Source: Bdellovibrionales bacterium (lineage in GTDB: Bacteria > Bdellovibrionota > Bdellovibrionia > Bdellovibrionales > JAGQZY01). From it: a stretch of 64,000 nucleotides of DNA. The position numbers and the translations under genes were made by a program. The notes under the pieces were generated by a model, which worked only from the letters and a program-made list of their open reading frames with translations, made no database searches and was not told where the DNA came from. The first letter of the stretch is position 1. Each line of letters begins with the position of its first letter. The DNA is taken from positions 13,369 to 77,368 of the forward strand of contig JANPLN010000067.1 in NCBI GenBank assembly GCA_031426555.1, given 5' to 3'. This document shows positions 60,483 through 64,000 of this stretch, piece after piece.

Positions 60483-61301
60483 GTGCTACATTTAGTTTTG
60501 ACTCTCATTTTAACTTTTCACAGCGCCTGGGCACAACTCAGTCTGCGAAACACATTGCATGCAGAGACTGAGCAGGAAACCAATTTCCACGCGGCCACCC
60601 AGTACTCTTTTTCAAGCGATTTGCTGGATGAGGTGGAGCCTCGCCGCTACACACACCAGTTGAGCCTTAACATGTTATACGACATGTCCTCGCGCTGGCG
60701 CCTAGGCGCCCTGGCAAGTGTTGATTATTTCTCCTTAGAAAACCAAATTGTCGAGACGCAAAAAGGCTATGGCGGCTCACAGTTTAACAGCACTTTTTTT
60801 ACAACTTACGTTTTAAACACACCGTTTTTTACGTCCCATAACGTTGGGCTTTCGTACACGCTTCCGTTAGACGACGAAAGTCGCTACGAAGGGTATCAAG
60901 GGGTTCCAGCTGTTTCCACTACATTCATTAAAAAAGTATGGCCCAAATACCTTAATTTTATTCAAACATTTCGCGGTAGCTATTTGATTAACACCTTCGA
61001 AGGTTCGGCTGCCGGGCAACCCAACCGCGACTACGCAGTTGGCTCGAGTTCCATCCTGAGTTTCTCAATCGCGACTGGATGGTCCCTGCTTGCAGGCTTT
61101 GGCGTTCGTTGGAGTCATTTGACAGATAATAATACTGACTACGCCTACAACAATTTTCAAACACTTAGCTACAATTACAAAAAACTTTCCTTCTTTCTTA
61201 CCCACAGTAATGGTGGCTTTACCGAAGATGGAAAAGTTTCGCTATGGTTTATTGATCGCCATCGGAAGCTTGTCGACGTAGGAGTGTCCTATGACTTTTA
61301 G
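60483..61301 (+). CDS. Putative outer-membrane beta-barrel protein
   Basis: Signal peptide ending AWA; amphipathic strands; C-terminal VGVSYDF beta-signal. Confidence 0.75.
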   Translation: MLHLVLTLILTFHSAWAQLSLRNTLHAETEQETNFHAATQYSFSSDLLDEVEPRRYTHQLSLNMLYDMSSRWRLGALASVDYFSLENQIVETQKGYGGSQFNSTFFTTYVLNTPFFTSHNVGLSYTLPLDDESRYEGYQGVPAVSTTFIKKVWPKYLNFIQTFRGSYLINTFEGSAAGQPNRDYAVGSSSILSFSIATGWSLLAGFGVRWSHLTDNNTDYAYNNFQTLSYNYKKLSFFLTHSNGGFTEDGKVSLWFIDRHRKLVDVGVSYDF

Positions 61302-64000
61302 ATGGCTTTTTGTAGCCCTTTGTTTGTCTTGCACAGCAAAGGAAACGACCCGTAATCCGCATCAAAAGCTTGCGGCAACACCATCCACCGTTGCCCGCGA
61401 CCTAAAAAATTGCCAAGAAACCTTTACGGGCTCGCTCGCCGGGCTTTGCGACCCTTCAGCATTAACACCTGCGGGTGCTTCCGCGCTCTTATTTTCACCC
61501 GAACTTATTTATAATCCTATCCTGTTTTATAACGACTCTCTCGATTCCATTCTGTGGCAGATAAATCAAGTGGTGTTGGACAGCAACGATAACAATTTAA
61601 TCGAACAACACTTATCCAAAATTCTTTTAGATTGTCGTCTCAGTAACCCCGACTCGTGCAAAGTCTTCCATCGCTTTGCAAGGATCAACAACACTTTCGA
61701 TGTGTTTTTACAGCAGCTGCAGACAAACACTAGATCTCACAAAATCGAAGATCTTTTAATACTCGCCGACGCCAGTTTGGTCACCCGAAGTGCATTGCCT
61801 CTTATCCAGCAGATTTCTTCCCGCGTGGGAACACTTCAACAGAATACGCGACTTGAAGGCCTCGTTAAAAATTATCTCGCAATCTACGATGGACAAATCC
61901 CCTCTTTACAAAAAAAACAACTTCTACGTTATATCCGTCGGCTGGATGGTTCTTACTTAAACTTGCTCACCCGACAAGAACTCACACAGCAAATCAACGA
62001 GCTTCACCAGCAAATTCCCCTCACCATCTTTCAAAAGGAAGTCGCGACCCGTCCGGCACTGAAGCAAGCTTTGGGTCTTAAGTCCATGGCACAAGAGCCG
62101 GTGTTTAAATTACTCGATTTAGTTGCCAATCAACAGTTGGATTTGGCCGATGCGCAGGAAATAATTCTCAAAGTAAGCCCTGAGGCAGCTCTCATCGAAA
62201 AAGTAAAGTTTTTCATGCGATGGACATTTGCCTATCAACTGCAAAACACCAACGGCCTTGCAAAGCACATCGTGCAAAAAATGAATGTCGGATCCAACGA
62301 TCTTTTCGATCGCTTCCAAACCGACGCGGACGAAATACGAAGAGTGTGGGGTAATTTTAAATATCAACAACAACTTTTTATATCATCCATTGTGCGATCG
62401 AATCTATCCTCCCCAACCAAAACAAGTTTGCGTGATCTCACGACAGGGCTCGATCAAACCATTAAAATGTATTCGGAATACCCCCACATGTTTTACATCG
62501 CGACCTACCTGGCGCAACAGGATTTTGCGCGAACAGTCTTTATTGGTCCCAACCAAATTCAAATGTCCTCAAATTCAATTTTTAACGAAATCGTAAATCC
62601 AATACGCACCAAATATTCTTGGTTTAAATACACCGAAGATTTTTTTCCACTGAACGATTTATTAATTCGAAACACCATTTCCTACATGATAAAATCCAGC
62701 TTTTTTCCCTCTATGGGAATTAATACTGACGTTTTTTTAGGCTATTTTATTAAAAATCTCAGCACGCGCTATGCAGAAACACAACATCGCAGGATAGTCA
62801 CAATGAACAATTTCATTGCCACAGACAATACTTATCCTCGTCTTAGAGAACTTTGCGATCAGCCTTCGCCTGTATTGAAAGTTGATTTCGATATGTTACG
62901 ACGGGGATTTATTCGATCGGCATTTTCAGAAAATACATTCACCAATTCTATTGAAGTAATGGTTGAAGGCGACAAAGGAGGATCCACTGGGTACATGCCC
63001 TTTGATCGGCAAACAATACCAGATTTTTATGAGTACGCAAAAACAGACCTTGCCTACTACCAGAGAATTCTCGAGTTAATAAATCGAAATTTAAAAAGTT
63101 TGGGACAAAGCTCAACCGTTCTTACAGAATCTCTTCAAGACATCGAATTTAAACGCGAGTACGCTCACACTTCTATTTTGGACTGGAATTCAATTGGTGC
63201 ATGTCAGTTAAAATTAGTGAAGGAAGAAAGAAACATCGTCTCCTTTGTTGTTGAAGAAGAAAAAGAGTACATCAAACAAGTTCACCGCGACGTGCGCCGC
63301 CTGCGTGCGGCTCGTTCGGACGCTGAAGCAAAACGTATTTTTGATATGTACAAAGGGATTGCAAGCTTTAAACTCGCAGACTTGGTGCCTCTCAATGTGC
63401 AAGGACTGGACATCATCAGCCTTGAAGGCTACTTTGCAACTCAGTTTAATTTTAACGCCCGCGTCGCCCACTACCTCAAATCTTATCGAGGGGCGGTTCG
63501 CCCACAAGTGATGCTTCCCTCAGAAGTTAAAAAGTCCCGTCTGTATTCTTACCGCGATGGAATCGGCGAAATTCAAACCATCAGACCACAATTTGTACCT
63601 TTTAAAGACAACGTCGATGAGTTTATTCAACAGTTTTACCATGTGTATTACCCTGGGGTTGCCTTTTCGTCCTGGATGTCGGCAGGGGACATCGCAAATG
63701 CCCTTACTCCTTATTTCAAAGGACAAATGGCGATCCTTGCGAGCGGGCACATTACTGTTCCAGAGTATCTGGATACCTACAAAAAAATAGTGGAGTATTT
63801 TAAAATTAAGCCCCTTGAAAAAGAGCTTTTAAACTACCTGAACGATCGTGCCTTCTATGACGCCTCTGTGCTGAGCGGCCTGTTTTTGCAAATGAATATG
63901 CAAGCGGGCGTCTACGTTGAGAAGTATGGTTTGTTTGATGTGACCCTCACTTACTTGATGCAGGATATTCTAGGTTACGATTACTACGCCAACGAACGCC
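61291..64000 (+). CDS. Giant hypothetical lipoprotein, paralog of 56941-60471, runs off window (not in ORF track)
   Basis: AGGAG SD, ATG 61291, MTFRWLFVALCLS|C; read manually, no stop through base 64000 (about 903 codons). Confidence 0.85.
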   Translation, partial: MTFRWLFVALCLSCTAKETTRNPHQKLAATPSTVARDLKNCQETFTGSLAGLCDPSALTPAGASALLFSPELIYNPILFYNDSLDSILWQINQVVLDSNDNNLIEQHLSKILLDCRLSNPDSCKVFHRFARINNTFDVFLQQLQTNTRSHKIEDLLILADASLVTRSALPLIQQISSRVGTLQQNTRLEGLVKNYLAIYDGQIPSLQKKQLLRYIRRLDGSYLNLLTRQELTQQINELHQQIPLTIFQKEVATRPALKQALGLKSMAQEPVFKLLDLVANQQLDLADAQEIILKVSPEAALIEKVKFFMRWTFAYQLQNTNGLAKHIVQKMNVGSNDLFDRFQTDADEIRRVWGNFKYQQQLFISSIVRSNLSSPTKTSLRDLTTGLDQTIKMYSEYPHMFYIATYLAQQDFARTVFIGPNQIQMSSNSIFNEIVNPIRTKYSWFKYTEDFFPLNDLLIRNTISYMIKSSFFPSMGINTDVFLGYFIKNLSTRYAETQHRRIVTMNNFIATDNTYPRLRELCDQPSPVLKVDFDMLRRGFIRSAFSENTFTNSIEVMVEGDKGGSTGYMPFDRQTIPDFYEYAKTDLAYYQRILELINRNLKSLGQSSTVLTESLQDIEFKREYAHTSILDWNSIGACQLKLVKEERNIVSFVVEEEKEYIKQVHRDVRRLRAARSDAEAKRIFDMYKGIASFKLADLVPLNVQGLDIISLEGYFATQFNFNARVAHYLKSYRGAVRPQVMLPSEVKKSRLYSYRDGIGEIQTIRPQFVPFKDNVDEFIQQFYHVYYPGVAFSSWMSAGDIANALTPYFKGQMAILASGHITVPEYLDTYKKIVEYFKIKPLEKELLNYLNDRAFYDASVLSGLFLQMNMQAGVYVEKYGLFDVTLTYLMQDILGYDYYANER

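Noticed and set aside
62119..63790. Short ORFs listed in the track at the right end
   Set aside because: All overlap the long open frame starting at 61291.
1..64000. CRISPR array, tRNA, rRNA, prophage or defence island
   Set aside because: No spaced direct repeats, cloverleafs, rRNA signatures or phage/defence motifs seen on manual reading.

Overview
Chromosomal segment that looks like a Bdellovibrionota-type predatory bacterium. This is inferred from the xQNC lipoboxes, many secreted orphans, the gene order and the absence of dxr; it is not confirmed by any search. Housekeeping content: dnaQ-like exonuclease, nadE, a peptidoglycan-recycling set (amgK-murU-anmK, then dppBC-like permeases and nagZ), galU, priA, rpsB-tsf-pyrH-frr-uppS-cdsA-rseP-tsaB, rluD-pgeF, a panG-panB-panC-coaBC-coaX-panD operon, a leucine-catabolism (liu) operon and RNase P RNA. 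The most interesting accessory parts are four. (i) A sigma54-type operon at 53.3-64 kb encodes a giant Zn-metalloprotease lipoprotein, two paralogous giant lipoproteins (one missing from the ORF track) and a beta-barrel. (ii) A TadG-like pilin is followed by two sigma28-type-promoter secreted proteins that share a C-terminal motif. (iii) A palindromic operator G(T/A)CTCA-n3-nGA(G/T/C)AC recurs in front of three unlinked secreted-protein loci. (iv) Smaller items are an unannotated 43-aa basic protein, a lone HUH/Y1 nuclease, a degenerate sigma54 activator, several apparently leaderless genes and a frameshifted subtilase. No tRNA, rRNA, CRISPR array or prophage was seen. All calls come from manual reading only.
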